A stretch of DNA of 64,000 nucleotides from Eledone cirrhosa (lineage: Eukaryota): the NCBI GenBank assembly GCA_964016885.1, contig OZ024743.1, positions 103,664,001 through 103,728,000 on the forward strand, written 5' to 3'. How positions within the stretch are numbered: the first letter of the stretch is position 1; every line of letters begins with the position of its first letter. Made by a program: the position numbers and the translations under genes. Positions 37,519 to 51,524 of this stretch are shown one piece after another. The notes under the pieces were generated by a model. The model searched no databases, had not been told where the DNA came from, and saw only the letters and a program-made list of their open reading frames with translations.

Positions 37519-39765
37519 CCTCATTTTGCAAAGTCTATACAAATCCACATTTCTACTCCGATTGACTTCAAACATGCACTTATATATTCCTTGCGGTCTA
37601 AAGATATTAACTGCAGCTTTTATTTTTCAATTTTCTTTTGTTAGAGGGGTGTTAGGCTCTGGTTATCCATCTCCGTCGCGCCCTTATAATATATGTCTGT
37701 ATGTCTGGCTGTCTGCATTACGACATTATGGCAAACATTGATGACCTATTATGTTCGCTATTTTCCGTTCATTGTAAGCAGATTCCTCCCGATGTGTTAG
37801 TTCACGCGGGATTCTCTGCTACACCTTTTCGTAATAATACCGAACAACGTACTGCTGGTCACTCCTTCCTCCAAAAGCCGTACAAAGCAGACATGTGCAT
37901 CGGGCAGATGGATCGGGTGCAAATCTACACCAGGCCTACGCGAGAAATTCGCAAGGGACTGCACCGAGAGGGATAGAGAGAAAGAGTAACTTAGTGGAAA
38001 GAGTGCGAATGAACTGTTTGAGGTAAGTAGCCTACGCCTTACTGCTATGACATAGGAACCTTCTGCCAACTTAACCTGTGACTTTCTCTTTCACATTTAC
38101 TCCAAAAGGCCAAAACAGAGGAGTATGAAAAGAAGGAGCTCAACAATATTTCTATGAACAATGCACGTAGACAGCTAAACTGTACTTTCAATTTCTTAAT
38201 TTTCTCCAAGTAAAACAAGTTTCCTGTCGGTATATTTTCGTGAGTTTTTAACAGGCACTCACAAATAAGCGTTTCTCATTGGAGATGCTATTACCAATGT
38301 TCTTACCCGTGCAACGCCGGGATACACTGCTAGTATGTCTATAAAATTGAAATTGTTTGTGTGTGTGTGTCCTAAGTTTTTCAAAGTCTATACAAATCCA
38401 CATTTCTACTCCGATTGACTTCAAACTTGCATTTGTATATTCCTTACGGTCTAAAAATATTAACTGCAGCTTTAATTTTTCAATTTTCTGTTGTTAAATG
38501 CGTGTTATGCGCCGTTTATCGAGCTCTCTCTTTATTAGTCTGTCTTTTTAGATAGATACATAGCTATAAGGTCACGTCCTTATAATATCTGTATGCATGT
38601 CTGGCTGTCTGCATTACGGCATTATGACAAATATTGTTCTCATTGATGAGGTGTTTTCTTCGCTATTTTCCGTTCATTACCAGGGAACTTATTCACGGAC
38701 CAAAGTATCGTCTTCCTGTTTTCCTTCGGTTGCAACGTTTTCCGAAATATTTACTTCTGCGTTTACAGATTGATTTTTTAGTTTCAGAAGATCCCGTTAA
38801 GGGTGAAAGCACACGTTGTAAGCAATATCAATGTTACTGCTGCTACATAGGACTCCCATTACCACTGAACTTTCACCTTTGCGTTCTGCATTTCCATCCG
38901 CAGGCCAAATGGAATGGTCTTCCTGGTAGTCAGTTTATTGAGGGAGAAACAGACGGGTTTCGAATTTGCCATCCAAAAAACCCATTGACAAAAAACGAAA
39001 ACCACTAATATCAACGCAGAATGATACATTGTAGGTCGCTTTAACCCGTCTTTTATTAATCAAAAAACTTCTTGCCAGTAAACATTAACCCTTTGTGTGC
39101 CATTCATCTAACTATAGACCAACAAATACCAACTAAACTGAGCGTTGACAAGAACGATGGCCAATGAATCTTCGAGGTAAGCAGTTTCCTCCCGAGCTGT
39201 TAGTTCACGCGGGATTCTCTGATACACCTTTTCATAATACCGAACAACGTAGTGCTGGTCATTCCTTCCTCCAAAAGCCGTACAAAGCGGACATGTGCAT
39301 CGGGCAGATGGATCGGGTGCAAATCTACACCAGGCCTACGTGAGAAATTCGCAAGGGATTGCACCGAGAGGGATAGAGAGAAAGAGTAACTTAGTGGAAA
39401 GAGTGCGAATGAACTTTTTGAGGTAAGTAGCCTACGCCTTACTGCTATGACATAGGAACCTTCTGCCAACTTAACCTGTGACTTTCTCTTTCACATTTAC
39501 TCCAACAGGCCAAAACAGAGTGGAAACGCTGGGGGACACCTGTCACAGAAGGAGTATGAAAAGAAGGGGCTCAACAATATTTCTATGAGCAATGCACGTA
39601 GACAGCTAAACTGTACTTTCAATTTCTTAATTTTCTCCAAATAAAACAAGTTTCCTGTCGGGTATATTTTCGTGAGTTTTTAACAGGAACTCACAAATAA
39701 ACGTTTCTCATTGGAGGTGCTATTACCAATGTTCTTACCCGTGCAACGCCGGGATAGACTGCTAG
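37428..39765 (+). mobile_element. Two tandem non-autonomous Helitrons (about 37428-38333 and 38338-39765)
   Basis: Long direct duplication; each ends in hairpin CCCGTGCAACGCCGGG then CTAG followed by T; the second starts TC; (GT)n near the 5' end. Confidence 0.8.
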
Positions 39766-40052
39766 TAATATATAAGGAACAAAGAATCAATATTGCATCG
39801 TATACATATTTAAGTCTACATGTGAACACATATCTGAGGAGCTTCCGATTTAAAAGTCAGGATCGGTCATTAATCGATCGTTCCTCGAGCTGATCGGCAG
39901 TGAAGCATATGTAATACGTAATTAAATATGTATATGATGCAACACTGATTCTTTGTTCCCTTATATATATATAATAATAATATTAATAATAATAATAATT
40001 GTTTCTACTTTTGGCACAAGTCCAGCAGTTACCCAATGCATTACTGGTACTT

Positions 40053-40100
<48 letters not shown>

Positions 40101-40102
<2 letters not shown>

Positions 40103-43100
40103 TTTCTTTATTAACCACAATGGTTTACATAAAGTAGACATTAAGGATAGTGCAGGACAATACAGGACGGTACAAATGGGCATTTCTGCGTGTAAAAAAC
40201 AAAAACAGAGGATGTAACAAAAAATAACAATGAAAAATTCCCCAATAGGGGGAAGACTTCGAAGGGAAATTTGTGGAGAAAGCCCAGTAAAAGGCCACAG
40301 TGACCCTGACCACCAAGGCAAGTGCCCTCTCCCAGTTTTCCACATTTAATTTACAGATACATACTCAGAGTAGGCCCATTCACTCGGGCCATTCTTGCTT
40401 CTCTTACCCATCTTTCAACAAAATGCAGGGAAGAGAGCACTTCCCTCTCTACTCTGATTTTCCTTTTCAAATGAAACTTGAAAAAGTCAATCAGGGCATC
40501 ACCGAAGAGGTAGGTGCTCGTCTTCAGCCCTTTCAAACGTGTCCACCATACTATCTCTTTCGCCATGGCCACCAGACAGATAAAAACTGCCTGCCTTTCC
40601 CGGCTAAAGGAAGAGGGCGGGACAATCCTCACCATGGACTCAGCTGATAGCCGGATTCGTCCTACACGCGACAGCAGGTGTTCGACATAAACCCACAAGT
40701 CAGCAATTCTCGGACACTGGACGAGTGCGTGCGGGAGGGTTTCGTCGCCCTGCGCGCATCTCGGACATGCCCGGCTGACGGCACCTCCATACTTGTAGAG
40801 TTTATCCCGAACTGGCAAGGCTCCTTGGTAGCACTGTCAGGCCAGGGATTTCTGGAAGTTGTCCATAGGCCCCGGCCCGAAAGTTCTTCCGAAGAGATTG
40901 GCTAGTTGATTTTCGCCGAGGCCCAGAGTTTCCCCAAGTACGTCGTCGCTCTTCCCTCCACTAATCCTCTATAGAACGCCGAGGTGGAGTTTCCACCGAT
41001 CACATTGCCCGATTGGTCGAGGGCTGTGAGCGCCTGAAGACATTCCAGTCTCCAAACGCCCCCTCTCGGTCTTCGTTTGACCCAGGAGTGCAGCTCCGTC
41101 AAGGAAACGAGCTGGGGAAAGACGCATATAGCAAACGGCGACCACACCTGATCACCGTCGAGGAAGAGGTGGAGATGTCGTAGCCTGAGCGCGTGTCTGC
41201 GCATCATCAGCCACGGCATGCCCAGCCATCTACGTAGCGGGTGTTGACAACAGATGGACCGCCTGACCATCGGAGCGCGTCCCTTCCACAAAAAGTGAAA
41301 GAGCAGACGCTCCAGCGCAGTCAGGCGGGGCTTAGGACAAGGTATGACGGTCAGGTGGTAGCAGATGACGGATTCGATGTACGCGTTAGCCACCTCCGTT
41401 CGACATTTCAGGGATAGCTTCCTCTCCGCCCGTTTCTGGGTGACAGAAGCCACCCTGTTCGTCACCTCGTCCCAGTTTTTGTCCATCTGGAGGTCCGGAC
41501 CGAACCAGACCCCTAGTAATTTAACCGGTCCGTCCGTCCAGCGACCGACGACGCTGTTGGACGGCATGGACCTGCCTGTCCAGGTGCCAAGCTGCAGGCC
41601 CACTGACTTTTCCTGGTTGATCATTGCTCCTGTCACCGCTTCGTATTCTCTTAGTGTAGTGCCGATCGCCTCGATGTGTTAGGCGTTCGACACCACTACG
41701 GTGACATCGACCGCATATGCTGACACGGATCTTCTGCATCCTAGTTCGCGCGGGACCCCCCTCAACGTTTCCAGTTTGTGCAGTAATGGCTCGAGAGTCA
41801 ATACGTACAAGAGGGACGAGAGGGGACATCCTTGGCGAACCGAGCGCATGATGTTGAACGGTTCCGAAAGGTGACCGTTCACTCTCACCACAGAGCAGAT
41901 ATCGCTGTGCATGGCAGCGATTCAGCCTCTGAAGACGGGCCCAAAGCCAGCCGCCCTCCGGACTGCCGCTAGGTAACGATGGTTGACCCTATCGAAAGCT
42001 TTCGACTGATCTAAATTGATCAAAGACCCAAACGTGCCAGGTTCCCTAGCTACCCTCTCTACGATGTATCGCATGAGGTGGAGGTTGTCGTGGATGGATC
42101 TGTCGGGAATGGCGCATGTCTGCGCCTCTCCCACCAGACCTCCAACGACTAGCGCCAACCTCTTTGCTAGTACCCTGGCCAAAATCTTGAACTCTGTGTT
42201 TAGCAGAGTTATGGGCCTGAAATTATCTATGTTATCCCCGTTGTTCGAATCCTTTCTCAGCAGAGCCACCGCTCCTCGGCTGACAGAGCTGGGAATTCTC
42301 CCGTTCTGTTGCCAGTTGCAGTACACGTCCGCCAAGAGGCCTCCGAACAAGTCTGGCATCTGTACGTAAAGTTCATAGGGCAGACCATACAAACCAGGCG
42401 ATTTACCCTTTGTGCAGCCAGTCATTGCCTCCCGTACTTCAGCGGCTGTTATCGGCTTTTCGCAACACGCCACCTCAGTGGCCGAGAGCAGCGGCAGTCC
42501 GTCGAGGTAGACACTAAAGTCCATCCCTCGACCCAGCCCGCCGCTGCCCCCGAACAGCTGAGCGAAGTGTCGCTGAAAAGCTTCACACATTTGCCCGGGA
42601 TCGAGTAGCATGTGCCTGTCGTGGTCCACCACAGACCGGATCGTGGCTTTCTTGCCACGACGCGCCTCCGCCACTCGGGCCCATTGAACGGCTTTCGTCC
42701 CCTCGTGTCTGGGAGCACACACCCTAGCTCTGACAACGCAGCCTTCGTGCTTTGCATTGAAGAATTGGTCAAGGGCCAATTTCGCCGCAAGTACGTCGGT
42801 CGCTATGCGTTTGCTAAGCGCCTCGTCTAATTTTCTAACTAGTTCTCCCTCTGCTCTATTTTTCTCTATTGCTAAAGCCTTACTAAACCTAATGGACTCT
42901 ATTCTAATCGCCTTTTCAGAGCAAACCACCACTTGTTGACGATGGCCCCCGTCAACCCCCGCTTAACTAGTTCGTTAATCCGGTCTCTGTAGGCCTTGCG
43001 CACTGGTAAGGACGCGTTTAGTTTCCAGTAGCCGGGTCCTCGTCTATGAGGCCTATCTAAGTCAACCACACAGATCACGAATTTGTGGTCCGTGTAGCTG

Positions 43101-45582
43101 ACTATCTTGAATTGTGGACAGCCTATGCTAGACCTATCTATTTCCCTACAAAATACTCTATCTAGATATGATGCTGATGACCCTATGCGGTTTGTCCATG
43201 TCCACATTGGCACATTCGAGAAATCCAATCGGTACCCGTCAGACAGTTCAAAACGCCTGAGCAGGTTGGTGAGGCTCTTGCACCCTCCTCCCTTATCCGC
43301 TAATCCCACACAGTCCCAGCGTGCATCTAAGATCCCGTTCCAGTCACCCACTAACACTAAAGAGCGGGACGTTCCAAGAAGGTCTCCAGACGCCGGAAGA
43401 AATCAGGCAGCCCTGCTCCTGTCGGGGCATAGACGGCCACTAGCCTGAAAGCTTGCCAGTCTCCGCTGGTCACGTCCAGCACCACCAACTTACCTTCTGG
43501 GTCCAGGAAGATGGCCCGTATGGCGAGATCCAAAACTCTCCGAAAAATCACAGCAACTCCTCCCCCAATCCAGGACGGCTGGGAGATGCGTACACATCGT
43601 AGCCGCCGAAGATCGGTGCAAGGCCCGTGCTTCGGAGATTCTGGTATTTAGTGACCTGAGGTCGTTGGACAGGTGGCCCTGCTTCCATGACGACCCCAAG
43701 CCACGCGCATTTATGCTGCCTATTCTGAGTGAGGTCATGTTGAAATGGTGTGGAAAAGATGGGAAAGACCACTTACCTTACTTCTCGTAGAGGAAGGATG
43801 GTCTCGCCATCCTTTTCACTGCTTGTGGCCTCCTCCGGAAGGATGTCGTTATAAATCCTCCTCGAGAGTGCTTGTCGGAAGTCTCCGATGTCTTTGGGGA
43901 ATTTTTGTTTTAGTGTCGTGTACGTTGTCTGTGTGATGCGAGTGATTTGTATGTGTGGAGGTGGTGTGAACTTTTGGGTTGTTGTGTAGTCTTTTTCTGT
44001 GATGCTGGTGTTGTGTTGGATGTAGTGTAATAATTGATTGTTGTTCAAATTTAATGTTGTGTAGTGTGTATCGTTTTGGTTGTTTTGTTTTGTTTGCGTT
44101 TGTTGTGGGTTTGTTTCTGCTTCGCTTTTTGGTGACTTTTGTGGTGTTGGTGATGGTGGTGTTGGGGTTAATGATGGTGATGGTGTTGGTGTTTGTGGTT
44201 ATGGGGTTGGTGATGCTGGTGTGGATGGTGGCATATCTGTCCTAACTTTTTTGTTTGATAATTTATTTGTTTCCCTCTGTATTTTGTTTTTGGAGGGGGA
44301 AGGAAGAGAATTTTTTCTTTTTTGGTTTCTTTTTTTCTTTTTTCCTGATACCGTTTCCCACTCCTCGTCGTCACAATCTGTCTACAGTTGTGATAGGTCG
44401 GGGAGTGGAAAATCCTCCAGAGGCGTTGGTTTTGGTTGTGGTGTGGTGGATGGTGGTGGCGTTGGTGCTAGTTCTGGCGCGGTGGGTGGTGGTAGTGTTG
44501 GTCTTGCTACTGTTTCTGGGGTTGTTGCTGCTACAGTTGTTGCTGCCATTTCTGCTGCTGGTGGTGTTAATGGTTGAGTCACTGGGGTGGGTAAGAGAGG
44601 TGGCCTCAACTTTTTAGCCTGAGGGCAGAAAGCCTTTAGGTGGGTTCCTTTACCACATACGACACACCTAGGCCTTCTACCCTCAACGATTACGGTGAGG
44701 TGGCTGCCGTCATTGAGATCTATCACCACTGGGATTTCTTCAATGCTTTTTTGGTCCGCTTGGATCAGGAGCTCCATCCCAGATCCGAACCAGTTCTCCT
44801 GCTTTTCTTTTGTTATTTCAATTATTTTCGTGTTGGCCTCGATGCCGGCGAGGACGGCAGCCATTAGCCAGGGAATTTCGATGGCCGGTGGAACGTGGGT
44901 CACCCTGATCTTCACGAGTCTCTGGCCACAATAGCTTGGGACGAATGTGAAGTCGTCGCTTCTTAATGGGGCCATGGAGTGCTCTCTGGCTTCCTGTGGT
45001 GTTTCAAAGAACACGTCCACGGTTCCATATTTCTGCTCACGTCTGATGTGGGGTTTTTTCGCCCACACATGTCCCAAAGCTTTTTGTATTTGGGTCTCGG
45101 ATGCCTGTTCCACTCGGCGTGATTTTGTGTTTATCGTCCGATAAGACACGGTGCATAGGCGCCGATGCTCCATTTTATTAGGGGGTGAGGCTGACCCTGT
45201 ACCCATCTTTTTTTACCATTCTCTTGGCTTCATTTAATTCATCCTGGCTCACCTGGATTGTTTCGCTTTTCTTGGCTGCTTTGGCAAACGACACATTTGC
45301 ACTTGTGTTGACGTTTTTGTTGTTATTCTCATTTTTGTTGTTGCTGTTGTTGTTATTGTTATTTTTGTTATTGTTATTTTTAGTTTCAATTGTGGTGGTG
45401 GTCGCGTCAGTGGTGTTCGGGCTCAAGGCCCCAATCTTTTTGAGTGTCCTTTTCAGAAAGCAATATATGTGAACTTATAAACACTTAACAACAAAAATGT
45501 TCCATAACTGGCAATTTGAAACAACTGAAAACAACAAACCTTTGCGGAGCTCACGATAATACGATTTCCTACGTAGGCCACC
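40101..45582 (-). mobile_element. Full-length Tx1-clade (L1 group) LINE inserted in (TAA)n, frameshifted
   Basis: ORF1 with RRM-like region and CVVCGKGTHLKAFC knuckle; ORF2 with APE (IGSINARGL, GDWN, YLDRV, TDH), RT (FRPITLLN, DQSKAFD, RQGCPLS) and C-terminal CCHC; (AAT)n on both sides. Confidence 0.93.
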
Positions 45583-45641
<59 letters not shown>

Positions 45642-45643
<2 letters not shown>

Positions 45644-46540
45644 GCCTCTGTATGGAAAATACCCAGAGCGAGCTAACAATCCTGATGTTGACAAAACTTT
45701 AACCCATCAGTGGTTGGCATCCTCTGGACTGAAATCGGAGACTGAAGGACTGATTATATCGGCACAAGATCAGTGTCTGCCAACAAAAAATTACCAAGCC
45801 AACATAATAAAAAATGGGTGCAGCCCATTATGCCGTGTATGCAAAAAACAACCAGAGACCATTGACCATATAATTTCAATGTGCAGTCCTATAGCTCCAA
45901 CCGAATACCTAAACAGGCATGACAGAGCTGCACAATACATACATTGGATAATGTGTAAGCATTTTGACCTGCCCCATCAAAAGAATTGATGGGAGCATCA
46001 ACCACCTCCCATACTTGAAAAAGATCACATCTCAATCTTGTGGAACTTTAGCATCCAAACAGACCGAAAAATAGATGCAAACAGACCTGATATAATATTG
46101 AAAGACTTTCAAAAGAGGGTATGCCTGCTAATTGATATGTCTGTTCCAATAGACAAGAATGTATCTATAAAAACATCTGAAAAATTGAGCAAGTATAAGG
46201 ACCTGGAGATAGAAATTGGAAAAATGTGGAAATTGAGAACTAAAACAATACCAGTGGTTGTAGGCGCTCTGGGAATGATACCTAAGGGGTCTAATGATTA
46301 CTTATCGCAAATCCCAGGAAACCCGCGTATAGGAGAAATACAAAAGATAGTACTAATGGGAACTGCCCATATACTAAGGAAGATTCTGTCAATATAAGTA
46401 CATCACAAGTCTAAACACTAAAGATGCATGTGTGAATATGTATGTTCTTTCTTGAACATGGCGGACCTTGTTGTCTCTTGAGGTCACTGGTTGTGACTTG
46501 GTGATAACTCGTATGAACATAAAGCAAGATAAATGCAACT

Positions 46541-46541
<1 letters not shown>
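45642..46541 (+). mobile_element. Dong/R4-like RLE LINE, family A, 5'-truncated
   Basis: TEGLIISAQDQ, CRVC..ETIDHIISMC, RHD, NRPDI, KLSKYKDL, PVVVGALG; (AAT)n on both sides. Confidence 0.9.
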
Positions 46542-46576
<35 letters not shown>

Positions 46577-47254
46577 CAACTGTGATAGAATAATTCTTAT
46601 TACAAATGAAATATAAGATTACAGTTTTGACCCTCAGCAGGTGACAACGCATCACATTACGGCATATTTAATGTTTAATTTTGGATCAGAAATGTTATAG
46701 TCGAAAAAGAGAAAAATGGCTAAGTGGACAGACAGGCAAATAATTTCACCACCATCACCACTACCACGCCAAAAACTCTAGTCAAGTTACCTCAACTTCT
46801 ATTTCTACTTCAACTTCAACACCATCACTACAGTACTACGATCACATCGCCACCACCACTGCCTCATTATCGCTACCGCCGCTATTCTCTCCCACTACCT
46901 CCTGCTAAGTACTACTAGCACATCACCACCACCACCACTGCCTCATTATCGCTGCCGCCGCTATTCTCACCCACTACCTCCTGCTAAGACAGGCATCATA
47001 GTATTCCCACTAAATGAGGAAGGCATCAAAAGATATAAATAGCCTGATTTGATGACCCGGTCAAAAAATCAAAAAGTCAAAAATCAAAATCAAAACAGCA
47101 CAGCAGCAACGAAAATCGTAAAGAAAAGAAAACAAGCAAAGAAAAACAGACACACAGACAAGCAGAAAAACTAAGTCAGACATTCAAACATTACATTACA
47201 ATGAAACTTATGCTTATTTTGGAGGGTTTTTACCTATTTGTTTGTTTGTTTATT

Positions 47255-50200
47255 TATGTTCGTCTACAGCGTGATAGTGCCACGCTAAAATCACCGAGGG
47301 TGATCAAATCACTGGAGGTGATGAAATCACCGGTGGTTATGTAACCATACATTCACCAATCCTCGATAAGAGTGTTTCAATGTCGAACCTAAACAGTTCG
47401 AATAACGGTGAAGTGGAGAATAACAGTTCGAATAACGGTGAATTGGAATGTAATGTGACAGACTCTCACCCAGCAGGGGCTCCCTGGCTCAGCAGCAGGG
47501 ACCTGGCTGTCAACCAAATAATGCTGGTGTCGGAGGAAGAAGAAGGAAAGGGACCAGAACCAACTGGATGAAAGAATTGAATAGAACTGTTATGTAATGT
47601 TACCTGAAGTGTAACCCCAAGGAAAAAGGCTATAGGAAACGGATGCATAACATCTGGAACGAGTTTGGTCTATTTAAATTAGATGAACAAAAATTGGCCG
47701 GGCAGGCTGGGGTAATAAGAACTAATGGGTGGATAAGCGAGCTGGAACTAGAGGAACTGAGCAGAGAGATTAGGTTGGAAATGGAGAGTGGTGTATGCCA
47801 GGCAAACGGCCCAGTGGGAAATGAAGGTGAAGACGTTGAGAGAACGGAGGAACCATCCGAAGCAGACAATGATCTGAATGCTGAAATATATAATAGCTGG
47901 AACAAAGATACGGCCATTGAGGAGATGAATGCTGACGGGCTAGGACAAGATTTGGTTGATATCCTAAACTTAGTGGTAGATGAAATGAACAATGATAGTG
48001 GGAAACCTATGAACCTAAGATTTGTAGACAGGAAAAAGTTAAAAGAAACAACAGCTAAGGTAAACAAAGTAATCCCATACCTTGAGGCGAGGAGCCTTCA
48101 CCAGTGCAACAATATCCTCAAAGCAACAGCAAATGCGGTGAGGAAATTACTTGGCATAAAAGCGAGAGGAAACAACAAACAAGAAATATCAGAACCTTGG
48201 TGGAAGAAACGACTGAATGGTCAAATCAGGGAAATGAGAAATGACATTGGAAAGCTTGAGTCCCTACTGAATGGGACACTAAAAAACATAGACACTAAAA
48301 ATAGACTGGAAATAAAGTCCAAAACTAGGAGGAAAAGGCTAAACATTATCATAGAGGAACTGAAGCAACGCATTGTAGCAAAGAGTGCAAACATTAGGCG
48401 ATACGAGAGCAGAGTCAATCAGTATAGACAGAACCGCATGTTTGACAACAACCAGAAGATGTTGTTTGAACAGCTTGAAGGGAAAGAAAGAGGCAACGAC
48501 GTGATCCCTGAGGCGGAACAAACTAAGACATTCTGGAGAGGAATATGGGAACAGGATGTTAAACATAATGACCAGGCAGTGTGGATTGAGACAGTACAAA
48601 AGGAGATTAGTGAACAGGCACACCAACAAACTGATTTGAGTATCACAGTTGAAACTTTTAAGGGGCAGGCCAAAAAACTAACCAACTGGAAATAACCAGG
48701 CCCAGATGGTGTGCAGAGGTATTGGATTAAAAATGTAACATCCCTCCACCCGAAACTGACAACCATGTTCAATGACTGCTTGATGTCAGGTGAGGTACCA
48801 GACTTGTTGACAAAAGGTACCACAGTTCTGGTAATGAAAGACCGAATCAAGGGTAATGATGTTACCAACTATAGACCTATCACATGTCTGTCCGTAATGT
48901 GGAAACTGTTGAGGAGCATTGTGTCTAAGGAAATCTACCATCACCTCCACACAAACAACTTGTTACCGGACGAACAGAAAGGATGTCGAAAGAAGTCCCG
49001 TAGTACAAAGGGCCATTTACTTATTGATAAGATGGTAATGAGGAATTGCAAGAGGAGACACACTGGTCTTGCCATGGGATGGATATACTACAAAAAGGCA
49101 TTTGACATGGTGCCTCATTCTTGGATCACCAAAAGCCTAGAGATCTTCAAGGTGGCAGATAACACCAGTCAGTTGTTGAGCAAAAGTATGAAGTCCTGGA
49201 AAACAGAGTTAACATCAGCTGGAGAATCCTTGGGAGGCGTGAAGATCAAGAGAGGTATCTTCCATGGAGATAGTCTGTCACCTCTGTTGTTTGTCCTTGC
49301 CCTGATGCCCCTGACCATTATACTGCGAAAAGTGAGAGCAGGATACAAGTTGGGAAAGGGAGAGCTTACCATCAATCACCTCCTCTTCATGGACGATCTT
49401 AAGCTCTTCGGGAAGAGTGAGAAGGAGTTGGATGTGTTTATTGACACTGTCCGTATTTTCAGCAATGATATATGTATGCAATTTGGTATTAGTAAGTGTG
49501 GAGTCCTTGTGATGAAGAGGAGTAAATTGAGCAGAAGCAACGGAATCCAGATACCAACAGGTGAGATGATAAAGGAAATTGACTCTGAAGAAGGATACAA
49601 TTATTTGGGTATTCTGGAGGCTGATGACATCAAGAACAAAAAAATGAAGGAATTGATAAGAACTGAATACATTCGGAGAGAAAGAAGCGTATTAAAGTCA
49701 CATCTGAACAGTAGGAATGCCACAAGTGCAGTAAATTCCCGAGCTGTGTCTATTATTAGGTACAGTGCGGGAATTCTGAGATGGAATGTGCTGAACAAAA
49801 AGAAATGGATAGGAAGACTAGGAAGCTATTGACTATCTACAACATGTTCCAAAGAGGAGTGATGTCGATAGACTCTACTTAAGGAGATCTGAAGGTGGAA
49901 GAGGTCTTATCAGCATAGAGGTCTGTGTTCAGATGGAGAAAAACAACCTACACAAATACGTGACCGATAGTAAGGAGCCAATGCTCAGGATTGTACTGAA
50001 GGAGAGGACAATAGACCAGGGGATGTCCAAGGAGGAAATAACAACAAGGAGAAAAAGCAACCTTCATGAAAAATCCCTTCATAGTACCTTCTTTGAGAAA
50101 ACGGAATTCAGAGATCCACAGACATGGAACTGGTTGAGAAGAGGAGACCTTAAAAAGGCTACAGAAGGAATGCTAATGGCTGCGCAAGAGCAGGCCCTCA

Positions 50201-50900
50201 AAATGAAGTGGCTGAAACACCATATTTACAAGGAGGAGGCTAGCCCACTGTGCAGGATCTGTGGAGAAAGAGAGGAGACTGTGGCTCACATTGTATCCGA
50301 GTGTAAACACCTAGCCCAGACTCACTATAAGGGCTGGAGACATGATGTGATGGGCAGAGTGATCCACTGGCACCTATGCAAAGTAAACAATTTACCACAT
50401 TCTGAGAAGTGGTATGAGCATAAGCCAGAGTCGGTGATAGAAAATGATCAGGTGAATGTGCTATGTGATTTTAGGATACAGACGGACAAGAAACTGGAAT
50501 ACAATAGACCTGACCTGGTGGTTTTGGACAAGGAAAAAAGATCGTGCCTGATTGTGTATGTGGCCTGCCCATTCGACACGAGAGTGCAAGAGAAGGAGAG
50601 GGAGAAAATTAACCGATACCAGGACTTAAAGTAGGAGTTAAAAAGGATTTGGAACTGCCATGAAGTCAAAGTGGCCCCGATTGTCATAGGCGCACTAGGT
50701 ACTATCTCAAAGAGTTTCCAGGGATGGTTAAAGAAAATTGGCCCCGCCCCGCTTTTTGGAACACTTCGAAAGGCATGCTTGCTGGGAACAGCAAGAACCC
50801 TCCGATACGTCCTGAATATCTGAGGTTGCAGGTAGTGGCTTGATATTCATTTCAACAAACTTTCCAGTTAACTAACATCAATGACTGAGACTCAAAGAAC
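47255..50900 (+). mobile_element. Dong/R4-like RLE LINE, family B, near full length, inactivated
   Basis: Single disrupted ORF at about 47380-50823: EPWWKKRL, YRPITCL, GIFHGDSLSPLLF, HLLFMDDLK, CRIC..HIVSEC, RHD, NRPDL; (AAT)n tail; the 5' boundary is approximate. Confidence 0.92.
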
Positions 50901-50939
50901 AATAATAGTAATATTAATAATAATAATAATAATAATAAT

Positions 50940-51508
50940 TGGATCTTTCCTGTACATACTGACAGGACCATAAAAGCAAATAGACCTGACATCATTATAA
51001 AAGATCAACATAACAAGGTCTGTTTGTTGATAGATATGAGCATCCCATGTGATCACAATATCGCGGCAAAAGAATTTGACAAGCTACGAAAATATAAAGA
51101 TCTGCTTATTGAAATTGAGAAAATGTGGCACCTCAAGGCCGTTACAATACCAGTGATTGTAGGAGGACTGCGAATGATCAAGAAAGGAACAGAACAATAT
51201 TTGCGAATGATTCCTGGTTTACCCTCTCTGCACGAGGTGCAAAAAATTGTTTTGACTGGTACTGCACACGTATTGAGAAGAGCCCTATCTCTGTAAGATT
51301 GATATCCCTCCTTGTATTTACATATGCATATGCACATGTGTATATGTGTATACTGTTTTGTTTTTTTTTGCTTTTTTGTTTTTCTAATTATAATCAATGT
51401 GCTGTATTAACTGGCTTACCAATGTACACTGTGAATTTATTTGCCCTAGGTGTCAAGAAGACACTCGGCATATATCTCAGAAACAATAATGAAAGAAAAT
51501 AAAAATGA
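50940..51508 (+). mobile_element. Dong/R4-like LINE, family C, 5'-truncated
   Basis: TDRTIKANRPDII, KLRKYKDL, VQKIVLTGTAHVLRRAL; (AAT)n on both sides. Confidence 0.88.
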
Positions 51509-51524
51509 TAATAATAATAATAAT

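Noticed and set aside
44054-45472. Plus-strand hydrophobic or Gly/Val-rich ORFs
   Set aside because: Antisense shadows of the Tx1-like ORF1 low-complexity regions.
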